64,000 nt of DNA from Candidatus Portnoybacteria bacterium (GTDB taxonomy: Bacteria > Patescibacteriota > Minisyncoccia > Portnoybacterales > GWB1-42-6). Numbering within the stretch: position 1 is the stretch's first letter; each line of letters opens with the position of its first letter. Positions 48,558 through 59,376 of the stretch are shown here, piece by piece. The position numbers and the translations under genes were made by a program. The notes beneath the pieces are model-generated. The model did not search any database, was not told the DNA's origin, and saw nothing but the letters and a program-made list of their open reading frames with translations. Where the stretch lies: positions 8,638-72,637 of the forward strand of contig JAQTYI010000004.1 in NCBI GenBank assembly GCA_028688325.1. The letters run 5' to 3'.

Positions 48558-50732
48558 ATGAATATGAAGCCGACTAATATAAAAACATATTTTAATATCA
48601 TTCAAAACAAACCGGCGTTGGTTGTTTTGGCCGTTATTGCCGTTTTGATCGGGCAATTGGCCTTGCCGCTCGGCGCGATGGCCGCGGATCCGGCCTTCAA
48701 CGCCTACACGCCCTACACCCACACGGAGCAAGCGGGCCGGGATTATTTTTTGCTGGATGTCAAAAACAACACCAAGGGCACTTCCTGGGGCTTCCCGGTC
48801 AACGCGGACGCAGGCGATGTTTTGACCTTTTATTTTTACTATCATAATTCAACGCCGGATACCGTCGCCTATAACACCGTATTGCAGATTGCGGCGCCCG
48901 GCAGCCAGAATTCTTATCAGACGGTTTCCGCCAATCTTTGGGCCGACAACACCACCAACGCTTCCCGGGTGAGCCCGATGAGCCAAAGCGTGGGAATAAA
49001 CCTGAGCACCGCGCAAACCTTGCAATATGTACCCGGCACGGCCCGATGGTATCCAAACCAGGCCGATTGGCGTATCGCCGCCTCAACGCCGTTTCCCAAC
49101 GGGCAAACAGAGTCCCAGCTTTTTGGCGGGGGAATAAATATCGGCTCTATCCAGGGTTGCTGGCCTTATTCGGGCGCAATCGTTTTTCAAATGGCTGTCG
49201 GCTCCACCGCCGGCTCGCCGAATTTGGCGCTTTCCAAAATGGTCCGTAATCAAACTCAAAGCCAAAGCGGTTATTCAAACAGCGCCAACGCTTATTCGGG
49301 CGACCGTTTGACCTTTCAAATTCAAGTTTCAAATTCGGGCAATGTCGCCGCCAACAATGTCATCGTTCGGGACGCGCTGCCCTCCCAATTGAATTATGTT
49401 TTCGGTTCAACCTACAATAACAATTTTTCTGCGGCCGACGGCATTGTCGGCGGGGGAATAAATATCGGCTCTGTCGGTCCCGGCGCCACCGCTACCGTTT
49501 CGTTTGACGCCACGGTTAATTCTTCGTATTCCGCACAGACCATAACCAACACGGCCTATGTTAGCGCCGATCAAATGAGCGAACGCAACTCTTCCGCTTC
49601 GGTTTATTTGCAACCAACTTCCGCTTCCTCCGGTTCCTTAACCATCAACAAGACCGTGCGCAATTACACATACGGCTACGGCAATTTCGCCGAAAGCGTC
49701 AATGCCACCAACAACGACCGGGTAACTTTCCAGATACAGATAAGCAACAATAGCAATTTTAACGCTTACAATGTTATCGTTTCGGATTCGCTGCCTTCGG
49801 GACTGTCTTTTGTGCCCGGCACGGCGCGTTTGGATAACGGCTATATTTCCGACAGCATTATAACTTCCGGCGGAGTGAACATCGGTTCAATGTATCCCGG
49901 CGCCACTCGCACCATTTCGTTTGACGCGACAGTCGGTTATTTGGGCACGGGCTATAACAATCAAACCTATACCAATTATGCCTATGTTCGCGCCGACCAG
50001 ATCAACGAACGCAACGATTCAGCCACGGTCTATGCTTCCCAGTCGGCTCCTTACACTCCTTATTATTCTTCCCCGACTTATTATTCCAATATGGTGTTAA
50101 CCAAAACGGTGCGCAATTTAAGCGCCGATCAAACCGGTTTGGCGAGTGTTGCCAATGCACAGATCGGCGACCGGCTGCTGTTCGCCATCCAGCTGGTTAC
50201 TTCGCCAAGCGGCGCCAACCAATACAACCAAGTCAATAATGTCCGCGTTTGGGATATTTTGCCGTCGGGCCTGACCTACACGCCCAGCACAGCGCGCATG
50301 GACGGCGGCCTGGTCAGCGATTCTTTGGTTTCGGGAAACGGCATAAGCGTCGGCACGCTTTTTTCCAATCAAACCAAAACCATCACCTTTGAGGCCACGG
50401 TCAATTCCTACGGCGGAAACCAAACGATAACCAACTATGGCTACGCTTCGGGCGACGGCATCGCCCAGCAATCCGCATTCGCGCAGGTGCTGACGGGGAA
50501 TACTGTTTATGTCGCGCCGGCAGCAGTTTATCCAACCCAGGTTGTTAAGGGCGCTTCGGTTCAAGCCGTCACCGGCGGCAACGACCTGGCACGCAATATT
50601 GCCTTGTCGCTTATCATATCCATATGGGGAATCTTCGCGTTATACCTCTATATGGAGCACGAAAACTTCTGGAAGGACTTGCGCTTTAAATTCATTCTCT
50701 GGAAGATTCGACTCAAAGAAAAAGCGATGTAA
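48558..50732 (+). CDS. Cell-surface protein with repeated DUF11-type conserved-repeat domains, signal peptide and C-terminal TM anchor
   Basis: At least four GDRLTFQIQVSNSGN...NVIVRDALPSGL... repeats. Confidence 0.55.
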   Translation: MNMKPTNIKTYFNIIQNKPALVVLAVIAVLIGQLALPLGAMAADPAFNAYTPYTHTEQAGRDYFLLDVKNNTKGTSWGFPVNADAGDVLTFYFYYHNSTPDTVAYNTVLQIAAPGSQNSYQTVSANLWADNTTNASRVSPMSQSVGINLSTAQTLQYVPGTARWYPNQADWRIAASTPFPNGQTESQLFGGGINIGSIQGCWPYSGAIVFQMAVGSTAGSPNLALSKMVRNQTQSQSGYSNSANAYSGDRLTFQIQVSNSGNVAANNVIVRDALPSQLNYVFGSTYNNNFSAADGIVGGGINIGSVGPGATATVSFDATVNSSYSAQTITNTAYVSADQMSERNSSASVYLQPTSASSGSLTINKTVRNYTYGYGNFAESVNATNNDRVTFQIQISNNSNFNAYNVIVSDSLPSGLSFVPGTARLDNGYISDSIITSGGVNIGSMYPGATRTISFDATVGYLGTGYNNQTYTNYAYVRADQINERNDSATVYASQSAPYTPYYSSPTYYSNMVLTKTVRNLSADQTGLASVANAQIGDRLLFAIQLVTSPSGANQYNQVNNVRVWDILPSGLTYTPSTARMDGGLVSDSLVSGNGISVGTLFSNQTKTITFEATVNSYGGNQTITNYGYASGDGIAQQSAFAQVLTGNTVYVAPAAVYPTQVVKGASVQAVTGGNDLARNIALSLIISIWGIFALYLYMEHENFWKDLRFKFILWKIRLKEKAM

Positions 50733-50815
50733 TTCGGCTCGCCGCCCTGCGTTTTGCGGGGCGGTTTTTTGTTTGCCGGAATATGAATAAAGCTTGACAC
50801 GGTATGTTATAATGA

Positions 50816-51220
50816 ATGCATAGAAAACCTATGACTATTAGCCGATTCTCACAAAAAAATGCCTTGTTTTTGACAGCCATCGTAACGGTTAGTTTGCTGT
50901 CCGGCTATTTTTGTTTTCCTCCGCAAACGGCGCGAGCCGTAAATGCGCCCGGCTGCCAAGACGCAAATCAAGACGGACGCGCTATTATTTCCGGCGCCGC
51001 TGATTCCGGCGCTGTTGCACCTTGCTGCCTGCAAAAAAAAGACAATAACCACTCCGGCGCGCCAACTTTCAATAATCTCTCTTCAAAATTAGCCATCCAA
51101 CAAAATGTTTGCGCCGGATCGATCGATACCAACGCTTTCAGCGGCCAATCAACCTTTCAAGAGGTTTACACCCCTCCTCCGCAAGCCGACTTGCTTGCTT
51201 CAGTCATAAAAATAGAATAG
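50816..51220 (+). CDS. Secreted Cys-containing hypothetical protein
   Basis: Signal peptide; no recognised domain. Confidence 0.3.
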   Translation: MHRKPMTISRFSQKNALFLTAIVTVSLLSGYFCFPPQTARAVNAPGCQDANQDGRAIISGAADSGAVAPCCLQKKDNNHSGAPTFNNLSSKLAIQQNVCAGSIDTNAFSGQSTFQEVYTPPPQADLLASVIKIE

Positions 51221-51370
51221 CCCGCTTGCCCCGTAGAGGCATCGCCTTTTACGGGGCGCGCAAAAAACTGCTTTTTAGCTGCTGATTTTATCTTGTATAA
51301 ATTTTGGCTGCGCTACTTGGCGGTTTTTTGATTGATTGATATCTGTCATAACAAAATCAACTCTTATTGC

Positions 51371-51472
51371 GTCATCCTGAGCACATTCGCTTCGCTCAGC
51401 ATAAACTCTGCGAAGGATCTAAAAATAGATTCTTCGCTGCGCCCCGCAGCCGCGGGCTTCGCTCAGAATGAC
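51371..51472. repeat. GTCAT-family element; right TIR supplies the upstream ATG of the next ORF
   Basis: gtcatcctgagc...cttcgctcagaATGACc. Confidence 0.65.
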
Positions 51473-51482
51473 CGAAATCATT

Positions 51483-52853
51483 ATGTCTCTGCAAAAATTA
51501 ACGATTCAGATCAAAGGAATGCATTGCCGCTCCTGCGAAATACTGCTGGAGCAAAGCATCTCCAAAATACCGCGCGTGGAAAAATGCGAGGCGGACTGGC
51601 AAGCGGGAACGCTGCTCGTTTATTTTTCCGCCGGACAAAAACCGTCCGAAAATGAAATCGCCGAAATAATACGCGAAGCCGGATACGAAATCGGCATAAC
51701 TGAAAAGCCGTCTCTTTTCAGTAAAAACCCCAAAGATTATAAAGATCTGCTGATAGCGTTCCTTTTCCTGATAGGCGCCTACTTTATTTTCAGGGGCCTC
51801 AACTTGCCGGGCATAAATCTGCCCGCTCTTTCCGATGGGATAAGCTTTCCGATAGTTTTGCTCGTCGGCTTGGCCGCGGGATTTTCAACTTGCCTGGCGC
51901 TTGTTGGCGGGCTGGTTTTGGGCGCGGCGGCCAAATATGCCAAAGACAACCCCGATGCCGCGCCGGGCGAAAAATTCCGCGTGCATATCTTGTTCAACCT
52001 GGGCCGTATCGCCGGTTATATGTTTTTTGGCGCCTTGCTGGGAGCATTGGGCTCCGTTTTCCAATTATCTTCCTTTGTAACCGGATTCATAACGGTTCTG
52101 GTCGGCGCGGTAATGCTGATAATGGGCCTACAGCTTACCAATATCATTCCCCGCATCAGCCATTGGAAGCTGACGCTGCCCAAGGGCATCAGCCGGGCGT
52201 TGAGAATCCATAATGATCCCGGCAAATACAGCGATAACAATGCTATGGCGCTTGGCGCGATGACTTTTTTCCTGCCTTGCGGATTCACTCAGGCAATGCA
52301 GCTTTACGCCATAAGTTCCGGAAATTTTGCGGCTGGCGCACTCATTATGGGGCTTTTCGCCCTGGGCACAGCCCCGGGACTTTTAAGCATCGGGGGTCTC
52401 GTGTCATCGTTCAAAAAAAACGCGGCAGGCAAATTTTTCAAGTTTGCCGGCGTGGTGGTTGTGGCCTTGGCTTTGTTTAATATCGGCAACGGTTTTAATC
52501 TGACGGGGTGGTCCGGGAGTTTATCGGCCTTAACCAATCCTCCAAGCACGACTGCGGCGGTAAATACGGACTTTGCGCCGATCGAGAACGGCAAACAGGT
52601 CGTCAGAATGGTTGAGAGCAATTCCGGCTACAGCCCTAATCAATTCACCATCAAAAAAGGCGTGCCGGTGCGTTGGATAATAGACGCTCAGGCGCCATAT
52701 TCGTGCGCTTCCAGTATCGCAATGTCCAAGTTTAACATACGCAAAACTTTGGCGGCAGGGGAGAATATCATTGAATTCACTCCGGCTGCCACCGGCCGGA
52801 TAGATTTTTCCTGCGCCATGGGAATGTATCGTGGAGCTTTTAATGTGAAATAA
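51483..52853 (+). CDS. HMA (MxCxxC) domain fused to a DsbD/CcdA-like transmembrane region and a C-terminal cupredoxin-like domain; putative copper-handling membrane protein
   Basis: IQIKGMHCRSCE; multi-TM region with a CGF motif; start could alternatively be 51468. Confidence 0.55.
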   Translation: MSLQKLTIQIKGMHCRSCEILLEQSISKIPRVEKCEADWQAGTLLVYFSAGQKPSENEIAEIIREAGYEIGITEKPSLFSKNPKDYKDLLIAFLFLIGAYFIFRGLNLPGINLPALSDGISFPIVLLVGLAAGFSTCLALVGGLVLGAAAKYAKDNPDAAPGEKFRVHILFNLGRIAGYMFFGALLGALGSVFQLSSFVTGFITVLVGAVMLIMGLQLTNIIPRISHWKLTLPKGISRALRIHNDPGKYSDNNAMALGAMTFFLPCGFTQAMQLYAISSGNFAAGALIMGLFALGTAPGLLSIGGLVSSFKKNAAGKFFKFAGVVVVALALFNIGNGFNLTGWSGSLSALTNPPSTTAAVNTDFAPIENGKQVVRMVESNSGYSPNQFTIKKGVPVRWIIDAQAPYSCASSIAMSKFNIRKTLAAGENIIEFTPAATGRIDFSCAMGMYRGAFNVK

Positions 52854-52877
52854 AACATAATTTACTAAGCTTCTAAA

Positions 52878-55259
52878 ATGAAAAAAACAATAGAACTGAA
52901 AATTTCCGGCATGCATTGCGCCTCCTGCGTAACGCTTAACGAGCGCGCCTTGAAAGCCGTTGCGGGCGTGGAAAAAGCGAGCGTCAATCTGGCGGCCGAA
53001 AAGGCCTTCGTCGTCTTTGACGACGCCAAGACCGATGTCGGCGCGCTGATAGAAACAATAAACAAAACCGGCTACGACGCCCGGGTGGCGCCGGAAAACG
53101 ATTCTGATGGCGAAACGGCGCGGCAAAGAAAAGCGATCGATTCACTGCGCAATAAATTCATCTTGAGCTCGGCCTTGAGTGCACCGATGCTTTATTTTAT
53201 GCTCTTTGATTTCATCAAGAGCTTGCCTGGAAGCAGCGTATTGGCGCCATATATCGGTATTATTTCTCTCGTTTTAACAACGCCCATGCAATTTATAATC
53301 GGCGCCAGATTCTATAAGGGCCTGTGGTCGTCGCTGAGGATGAGGACCTTCAATATGGATTCGCTTATTGCCATTGGCACAACCACGGCTTATGCCTACA
53401 GCGTAATAAATTATGCTATTTACGCTATAGGCAATAATTCTCTTATCGGCCTAACAGGAAAAATTCCCGATCTGTATTTTGAGACCGCGGCATTCCTTAT
53501 AACTTTTGTGATTCTCGGTAAATGGCTGGAAATGAAAACTACGGGCAAGACATCGGACGCCATAAAAAAACTGATGGGCCTGCAAGTCAAAACCGCCAGA
53601 GTCGTGCGCAACGGCCAAACAATGGATATCGCCATTGAGGAAGTGAAGCGCGGCGATATCGTGGTGGTGCGCCCCGGAGAAAAGATCCCGGTTGACGGCA
53701 TCATCACCAAAGGTTCTTCGGCGATAGACGAATCGCTGGTCACGGGCGAAAGTTTGCCCGTAGAAAAAAAGCTCGGCGACAGCGTTATCGGCTCAACGCT
53801 CAATAAAGTTGGCAGTTTTGAGTTTGAAGCCAAGCGCGTGGGCAGCGAAACCACGCTGGCGCAGATTATCCGCCTGATAGAGGAGGCACAGGGCTCAAAA
53901 GCGCCCATCCAGGGCTTTGCCGACCGCATCTCGGCCTATTTTGTGCCGACAGTCATCGGACTCGCCATTGTAACCTTCCTGGCTTGGTTTTTTGTCTTTG
54001 GCGCGCCGCTGAGCTTTGCCCTGATGGCCTTTACCGCCGTTATCGTCATTGCCTGCCCTTGCGCTCTGGGACTGGCCACGCCGACTTCTTTGATGGTCGG
54101 CACAGGCAAAGGAGCTGAATACGGCATCCTGATAAAAGGCGGCGAACCCCTGGAGGCGGCCTGCAATATTAACACCATAATCTTTGACAAGACAGGCACG
54201 CTGACCAAAGGCAAACCAACCGTTACCGATATTATATCGGTAACGGAATTTTCAATTTCCAATTTCCAATTTCCAAAAAATTACGGAAACGAAGAAAAAA
54301 TATTGCAAGTGGCCGCATCCATTGAAAAAAACTCGGAGCACCCTTTAGCCGAGGCCATAGTCAAGCATGCGCAAGACAAAAAGCTGGAGCTGTCTTCAAT
54401 AGAAAAATTTATGGCCATACCGGGCAAGGGAATCCAAGCGACGATCAATAATGAAAAATTCATTTTGGGCACCAGAAAATTAATTATTGAGAATCGATTG
54501 AATATCTCAAAAATCGAAACCAAGCTTAACGAATTGGAACGGCAGGGAAAAACCGCGATGATACTGACAACCAAAGAAAATATCCTTGGCGCCATCGCCG
54601 TGGCCGACACGGTCAAAGAAACATCCAAAGAAGCCGTGGCCAAGCTCAAGGAGATGCATATAGCAGTTTATATGATAACCGGCGACAACGAACGCACGGC
54701 CCGCGCCATCGCCGAGCAAGTGGGTATTGCCAATGTTTTAGCCGAAGTTCTGCCGCAAGATAAAGCCAATGAAGTCAAAAAATTGCAAAATTCAGGCAAG
54801 AAAGTGGCAATGGCGGGAGACGGCATCAATGACGCGCCGGCATTGGCGCAAGCCGACCTGGGTATCGCCATGGGTTCGGGCACGGATGTGGCCATGGAAA
54901 CGGGCGGCATCGTTTTAATGAAAAGCGACTTGAATGATGTGGTGGCGGCCTTTGAGCTGGCGCGCCAGACAATGAGCAAGATAAAGCAGAATATGTTTTT
55001 CGCGCTGTTTTACAATGTTATCGGCATTCCCATCGCCGCACGCGTTTTCGCTTTTGCCGGACTCATCTTAAAACCGGAATTGGCGGGGCTCGCCATGGCC
55101 CTAAGCTCCATTTCGGTCGTTAGCAATTCTCTTTTGCTGCGCTATTTCCGCCCCGGCAAAAAAAACTACGCCTCGATGTTTGCGCCGGTAGTTATGGTTT
55201 TGATTTTCACCTTCCTATTTGTGGAATTTGCGCGCCTGAGCTCGCAAATGGGAAATTAA
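52878..55259 (+). CDS. copA: Copper-translocating P-type ATPase
   Basis: [28 protein letters not shown]. Confidence 0.9.
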   Translation: MKKTIELKISGMHCASCVTLNERALKAVAGVEKASVNLAAEKAFVVFDDAKTDVGALIETINKTGYDARVAPENDSDGETARQRKAIDSLRNKFILSSALSAPMLYFMLFDFIKSLPGSSVLAPYIGIISLVLTTPMQFIIGARFYKGLWSSLRMRTFNMDSLIAIGTTTAYAYSVINYAIYAIGNNSLIGLTGKIPDLYFETAAFLITFVILGKWLEMKTTGKTSDAIKKLMGLQVKTARVVRNGQTMDIAIEEVKRGDIVVVRPGEKIPVDGIITKGSSAIDESLVTGESLPVEKKLGDSVIGSTLNKVGSFEFEAKRVGSETTLAQIIRLIEEAQGSKAPIQGFADRISAYFVPTVIGLAIVTFLAWFFVFGAPLSFALMAFTAVIVIACPCALGLATPTSLMVGTGKGAEYGILIKGGEPLEAACNINTIIFDKTGTLTKGKPTVTDIISVTEFSISNFQFPKNYGNEEKILQVAASIEKNSEHPLAEAIVKHAQDKKLELSSIEKFMAIPGKGIQATINNEKFILGTRKLIIENRLNISKIETKLNELERQGKTAMILTTKENILGAIAVADTVKETSKEAVAKLKEMHIAVYMITGDNERTARAIAEQVGIANVLAEVLPQDKANEVKKLQNSGKKVAMAGDGINDAPALAQADLGIAMGSGTDVAMETGGIVLMKSDLNDVVAAFELARQTMSKIKQNMFFALFYNVIGIPIAARVFAFAGLILKPELAGLAMALSSISVVSNSLLLRYFRPGKKNYASMFAPVVMVLIFTFLFVEFARLSSQMGN

Positions 55260-55307
55260 ACAGCTTATCCACTTTTTCATTCCGCTTTTTTTTGATATAC
55301 TTCCATT

Positions 55308-56411
55308 GTGAACCGATCACAACTAAACAAATTTATAACCTACCTGCAAAAAAGCGACTGGTCGGTATTTGGACCGGTTTTTACGACCGAGAAAGTCGAG
55401 GAGCTTTCACCGTTTTTGTCGGCACATATGCCTTCGGCTGTAAAAAAGACCGGCCAGATATTGATAAAGGGGATATCAAATCCCGACGAACTGAACCTGG
55501 ACGGGCAATTGCCTTTTTATTCCTTCAAACGGTTTTTTGTGCCGGAAAAAGAGGGGCTTTTTGATTACCAAAACAATAAATTAAGAGATAAAAAATCAGT
55601 TTACCCTGAGCGCAGTCAAAGGGCGCTGGTCGGCATGAATATTTTGGACATGAAAGCCGTGAATCTTTACGACCAGGTTTTTGAGAAAGACCCGTATTAC
55701 CAGGCCAGGCGGCGCAATATCCTCATCGTCGGCTATTCGTTGACGCCAGAAATAGAAAATAATATTTTTGAACACAAGTATGAAGAGGATATTCTGGAAC
55801 ATTTGCCTTTTGACATTTTTTTGGCAGATTATAACGCCCCCTCGTCCCGCGAACTGCGGAACTCGCCCCCTCTTAAATTAAGAGGGGGGTCGGGGGGGTT
55901 ATATAAAGTTTTTACTGGAAGCATAAAAGGCCAACGGATTCTGGAGCACTTTGGCTATAAGGACTATGAGCACATCCAGTTCAGCGGACCGATCAAGGAG
56001 GGGGAGGCGGACAAAAGGATGGAGCGCTTGCGCGACCGGTTAAAAAATCACCATAATTTAAAAATCTGGGAGGAATTGGGCCAGCGCTGCATCGAATGCG
56101 GCAAGTGCACCCTGGCCTGCCCAACCTGCTTTTGCTTTCGCATAGACGATGCTCCCGCGATCAAAGAAAACTTGGGCGAGCGTTCGCGCTGCTGGGATTC
56201 CTGCTATTATCAGGAATTTTCGGAAGTCGTCGGCGGGCATAAATTTCTGGACAACACCGCCAAACGCATCCATTTTTGGTATTTCCATAAATTCGCCAGG
56301 ATTCCCGATGAATTTAATTTCATGGGCTGCGTGGGCTGCCATCGCTGCGCCGCGGTCTGCCCGGTGGGAATAGATATAAATAAAGTGTTGGAGGACATAG
56401 AAAATTCTTAG
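55308..56411 (+). CDS. hydB: Sulfhydrogenase beta-like subunit (HydB/AsrA-like) with two 4Fe-4S motifs and an in-frame poly-C element
   Basis: CIECGKCTLACPTCFC and CVGCHRCAAVCP; ~367 aa like archaeal HydB. Confidence 0.55.
   Translation: MNRSQLNKFITYLQKSDWSVFGPVFTTEKVEELSPFLSAHMPSAVKKTGQILIKGISNPDELNLDGQLPFYSFKRFFVPEKEGLFDYQNNKLRDKKSVYPERSQRALVGMNILDMKAVNLYDQVFEKDPYYQARRRNILIVGYSLTPEIENNIFEHKYEEDILEHLPFDIFLADYNAPSSRELRNSPPLKLRGGSGGLYKVFTGSIKGQRILEHFGYKDYEHIQFSGPIKEGEADKRMERLRDRLKNHHNLKIWEELGQRCIECGKCTLACPTCFCFRIDDAPAIKENLGERSRCWDSCYYQEFSEVVGGHKFLDNTAKRIHFWYFHKFARIPDEFNFMGCVGCHRCAAVCPVGIDINKVLEDIENS
55862..55900. repeat. Poly-C/poly-G hairpin element, in frame in hydB (encodes SPPLKLRGGSGGL)
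   Basis: ctcgccccctcttaaattaagaggggggtcgggggggtt. Confidence 0.65.
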
Positions 56412-56415
56412 AATC

Positions 56416-57246
56416 ATGCATAATCCCTACCAGCCGGAACCGGCAAAAATAGTTTCTATCAGCCGCCAGACAAGCAGCGTCAAGCTGTTCCGTTTTGAAT
56501 TCGCGCAAAATATCCCCGGCTGGAAATTTTCGTATCAACCCGGCCAATTCGTAGAATTATCCTTGCCCGGCTTTGGCGAAGCGCCTTTTGCGCCCTGCGG
56601 CGGCATTAAAGAGAAATATATAGAGCTTTGCGTCCGAAATGTCGGTAAGTTGACCGCCCGGCTTCACGCCATGAAGGTGGGAGATAGGGTTGCCGTTCGC
56701 GGACCCTACGGCAACGGCGCTTGGCCGGCCGGCAAATATGATTTTAAGGTGCAAAAAAATCTTTTTATCGCGGTTGGCGGGCTGGGCTTGGCGCCGTTGC
56801 GCTCGCTCCTACTTGGCAAAAACTATTTTTTGGGTAAAGATACAAAGGTGCAGATATTCTACGGCGCCAGAAATCCGCAGGAAATGCTTTTCCGCCACGA
56901 ATATGAAAATTGGAAAAAACTTAAAATAAAAATGGAGCTGACAATAGACAAAGAGCATGCCGGCTGGAAGGGCCATACCGGGCTGGTCACAACCCTATTT
57001 GATAAATGCGATGTTTTGCAGAATTCAGTGGCGTTTTTAGTCGGCCCGCCTGTGATGTATAAGCCGGTATTGGAAAGATTGAAAAAACTCGGATTTGCGG
57101 ATGAAGATATTTATTTGTCGCTGGAAAGGAGAATGCATTGCGCCGTCGGCGCTTGCCAGCATTGCGCGGTCGGGTCATATTACACCTGCAAAGACGGGCC
57201 GGTTTTTTCTTGGGCGCAAATAAAGAATATTCCCGACGCCATATAA
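56416..57246 (+). CDS. hydG: Sulfhydrogenase gamma-like subunit (FAD/NAD-binding, C-terminal 2Fe-2S; HydG/AsrB/PyrK-like)
   Basis: Ferredoxin-reductase fold; C-terminal CAVGACQHCAVGSYYTCKDGPVF. Confidence 0.6.
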   Translation: MHNPYQPEPAKIVSISRQTSSVKLFRFEFAQNIPGWKFSYQPGQFVELSLPGFGEAPFAPCGGIKEKYIELCVRNVGKLTARLHAMKVGDRVAVRGPYGNGAWPAGKYDFKVQKNLFIAVGGLGLAPLRSLLLGKNYFLGKDTKVQIFYGARNPQEMLFRHEYENWKKLKIKMELTIDKEHAGWKGHTGLVTTLFDKCDVLQNSVAFLVGPPVMYKPVLERLKKLGFADEDIYLSLERRMHCAVGACQHCAVGSYYTCKDGPVFSWAQIKNIPDAI

Positions 57247-57490
57247 TCATTAAAAAATAATTATTAAAAATAACGGATGCGCCGATAACGAAACTATCCG
57301 TTCACAATCGGCGGCCCTTCGTAATTTACAGGAAATATGCGAAAATTCAAATTGATGCTGGGCGACGATCTTATGGATCTATTGCCGCCAATGCTAACCT
57401 CTCTTTTTCTTATCGGCGGAGTTATCTCGTTAATCATTAAGAATTTTTAGCGCTCATTCCTATGATTTTTGAATTTGAGCGCAGCGAATT

Positions 57491-57685
57491 ATGTGCCTGA
57501 CGATTCCCAAACAAGTCGTTTCCGCCGGAAATAATTCCGTCCGCATCCGGGCCGGCAAAAAAACCGAATCAGTCGGCACCATTTTGGCGGTCAAAAAAGG
57601 GGATTGGGTGCTCACGCAAAACAGCATCATCATCAAAAAGATCACCGCCAAGCAGGCAAAAGAGATAAATAATTTCCTTAAATAA
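57491..57685 (+). CDS. hypC: Hydrogenase maturation factor HypC
   Basis: MCLTIP N-terminus, ~64 aa. Confidence 0.72.
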   Translation: MCLTIPKQVVSAGNNSVRIRAGKKTESVGTILAVKKGDWVLTQNSIIIKKITAKQAKEINNFLK

Positions 57686-57692
57686 AATTACT

Positions 57693-58628
57693 ATGCAAAA
57701 CAAAGGATTATTATTGGTTTTTTCCACCGCCATCATTTCCGGCGTTTCGGTTTTCATCAATAAATTCGGCGTGGGAATGAATAACCCGGATATTTTCACT
57801 TTCGCCAAAAATACGGCGGTAGCTGTTTTGTTTACGGCTGTTATCTTCTTTTTAAAAGACAGGAAGGCCTTATTTCAATTAAACAAAAACCAGTGGTTGC
57901 AATTGCTGGCGCTGGGTTTGATCGGCGGCTCGATTCCGTTCCTGCTTTTTTTCAAGGGCTTGGCCTTAACAAGCGCGGCTCAGGGCGCTTTTATCCATAA
58001 GACAATGTTCATTTTTGTGGTAATTCTGGCGGCCTTCATCTTAAAAGAGAAGATCAACAAAAATTTTATTATCGGCGGCTTGCTTTTGCTTCTCGGCAAT
58101 CTAATATTGCTTAAGGGCCTTCATTTTTCGTTCGGCTTGGGCGACGCGCTGGTTCTTGTCGCGGTCTTGTTCTGGGCGATGGAAAATGTCTTGGCTAAAT
58201 ATGTCCTGCGAGAAATGCCGGGCAATATCGCGGCCTGGGGGCGGATGTTTTTCGGCTCGATATTCATCCTGGCTTATTTATCCTTTACGGGACAGGCATC
58301 GCAAGTTTTGAATCTCAACTCGGCGCAAATCGGATGGATTGCCATAACTTCCGCCTTGCTTTTCGGCTACACGATAACCTGGTATAACGGATTAAAGACC
58401 GTTTCCGTTTCGATCGCCACCACGATCTTGCTCTTTGGCCTACCCATAACAACGGCGCTGTCGGCGATCTATGCTGGAAAAATAACCCCGCAAGACGCCT
58501 GGTCTATGATATTATTACTACTTGGCGTATTTATTATTGTGTCATTCCCGCCCCGCATCAAGCGCGGGGTAAACTGGAAGCGGGAATCCAGGATCCTGGA
58601 TTCCCCCGCAACTGCGGGGCGGAAATAA
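57693..58628 (+). CDS. EamA/DMT-family transporter; last ~28 codons encoded by a GTCAT-family element
   Basis: 10 TM helices; C-terminus VSFPPRIKRGVNWKRESRILDSPATAGRK is repeat-derived. Confidence 0.65.
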   Translation: MQNKGLLLVFSTAIISGVSVFINKFGVGMNNPDIFTFAKNTAVAVLFTAVIFFLKDRKALFQLNKNQWLQLLALGLIGGSIPFLLFFKGLALTSAAQGAFIHKTMFIFVVILAAFILKEKINKNFIIGGLLLLLGNLILLKGLHFSFGLGDALVLVAVLFWAMENVLAKYVLREMPGNIAAWGRMFFGSIFILAYLSFTGQASQVLNLNSAQIGWIAITSALLFGYTITWYNGLKTVSVSIATTILLFGLPITTALSAIYAGKITPQDAWSMILLLLGVFIIVSFPPRIKRGVNWKRESRILDSPATAGRK

Positions 58629-58629
58629 C
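58541..58629. repeat. GTCAT-family element (CCCGC-hairpin variant) forming the 3' end of the EamA gene
   Basis: Reverse-orientation match to 3449-3531. Confidence 0.65.
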
Positions 58630-58635
58630 AAAAAA

Positions 58636-59376
58636 ATGGCTTCGGGACCAAAAATAGCGGCCTTATACGGCCTGATTCCCAACCGTCTCGGTTTTTGCGG
58701 GCCGCAGCAGGAACTGCTTAAAAAATTCATCGTCGGCAAGTTGTCCATTCCGGAAATAATCCCGACATTGGAAAAGTTCGAAGCCGCCTACGAATATTAC
58801 CAGCTTATCGCGCGTAAAAATAAAATGCCAAGTCCCTTCAATAAAAAAGTGATTGAGGCCTACTGGCTGGGGAACAATCTTTTGGATAAAATTACCGCCA
58901 ATGACCTGCGGGCGCTAATAATGGAAAGATTTTGCAAACCAGGTCTTTTATCGAAAAAAGAAGCAAAAAAGCGGGCCGATATGATACCTGCTGATTCAAA
59001 ACCGCACCATAGTTTCCATGTATTGGTTCTGGGTTCAATAACGGGCAGCGTGGATTTTACCGGCAACACCAAACTAAAAGACACTTGCCGCGTGGGTTGG
59101 GGAAGGGCAATCAAACTAAAAACTAAAAACGAAAAACTAAAAACAGAAACCATTGTTGTCAAATACGACCCGTTGATTGGCAAAAATAATATAAAGTTTG
59201 GGCGACCAATTGAAAAAGAGCTCACTTGGGACAGAGAAATATTGCCATCGGTAGAAATCGGGGACCGGGTCTCATTCCACTGGAACCACGCAATGCAAAA
59301 GCTGAATGAAGAAAATATCATAAATTTGCACAAATATACGCAAAATACATTAGACACGCTTTATGCCAAAAACTAA
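58636..59376 (+). CDS. Hypothetical protein inside the hydrogenase cluster with in-frame CTAAAAAC-type repeat (KLKTKNEKLKTE)
   Basis: No recognised domain; repeat at 59113-59150. Confidence 0.4.
   Translation: MASGPKIAALYGLIPNRLGFCGPQQELLKKFIVGKLSIPEIIPTLEKFEAAYEYYQLIARKNKMPSPFNKKVIEAYWLGNNLLDKITANDLRALIMERFCKPGLLSKKEAKKRADMIPADSKPHHSFHVLVLGSITGSVDFTGNTKLKDTCRVGWGRAIKLKTKNEKLKTETIVVKYDPLIGKNNIKFGRPIEKELTWDREILPSVEIGDRVSFHWNHAMQKLNEENIINLHKYTQNTLDTLYAKN

Noticed and set aside
51332-51655. 107-aa plus-strand ORF
   Set aside because: It is mostly a translation of the GTCAT-family element and overlaps the HMA protein in another frame.
52530-53126. 198-aa minus-strand ORF across the HMA-protein/copA junction
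   Set aside because: It overlaps two well-supported plus-strand genes.
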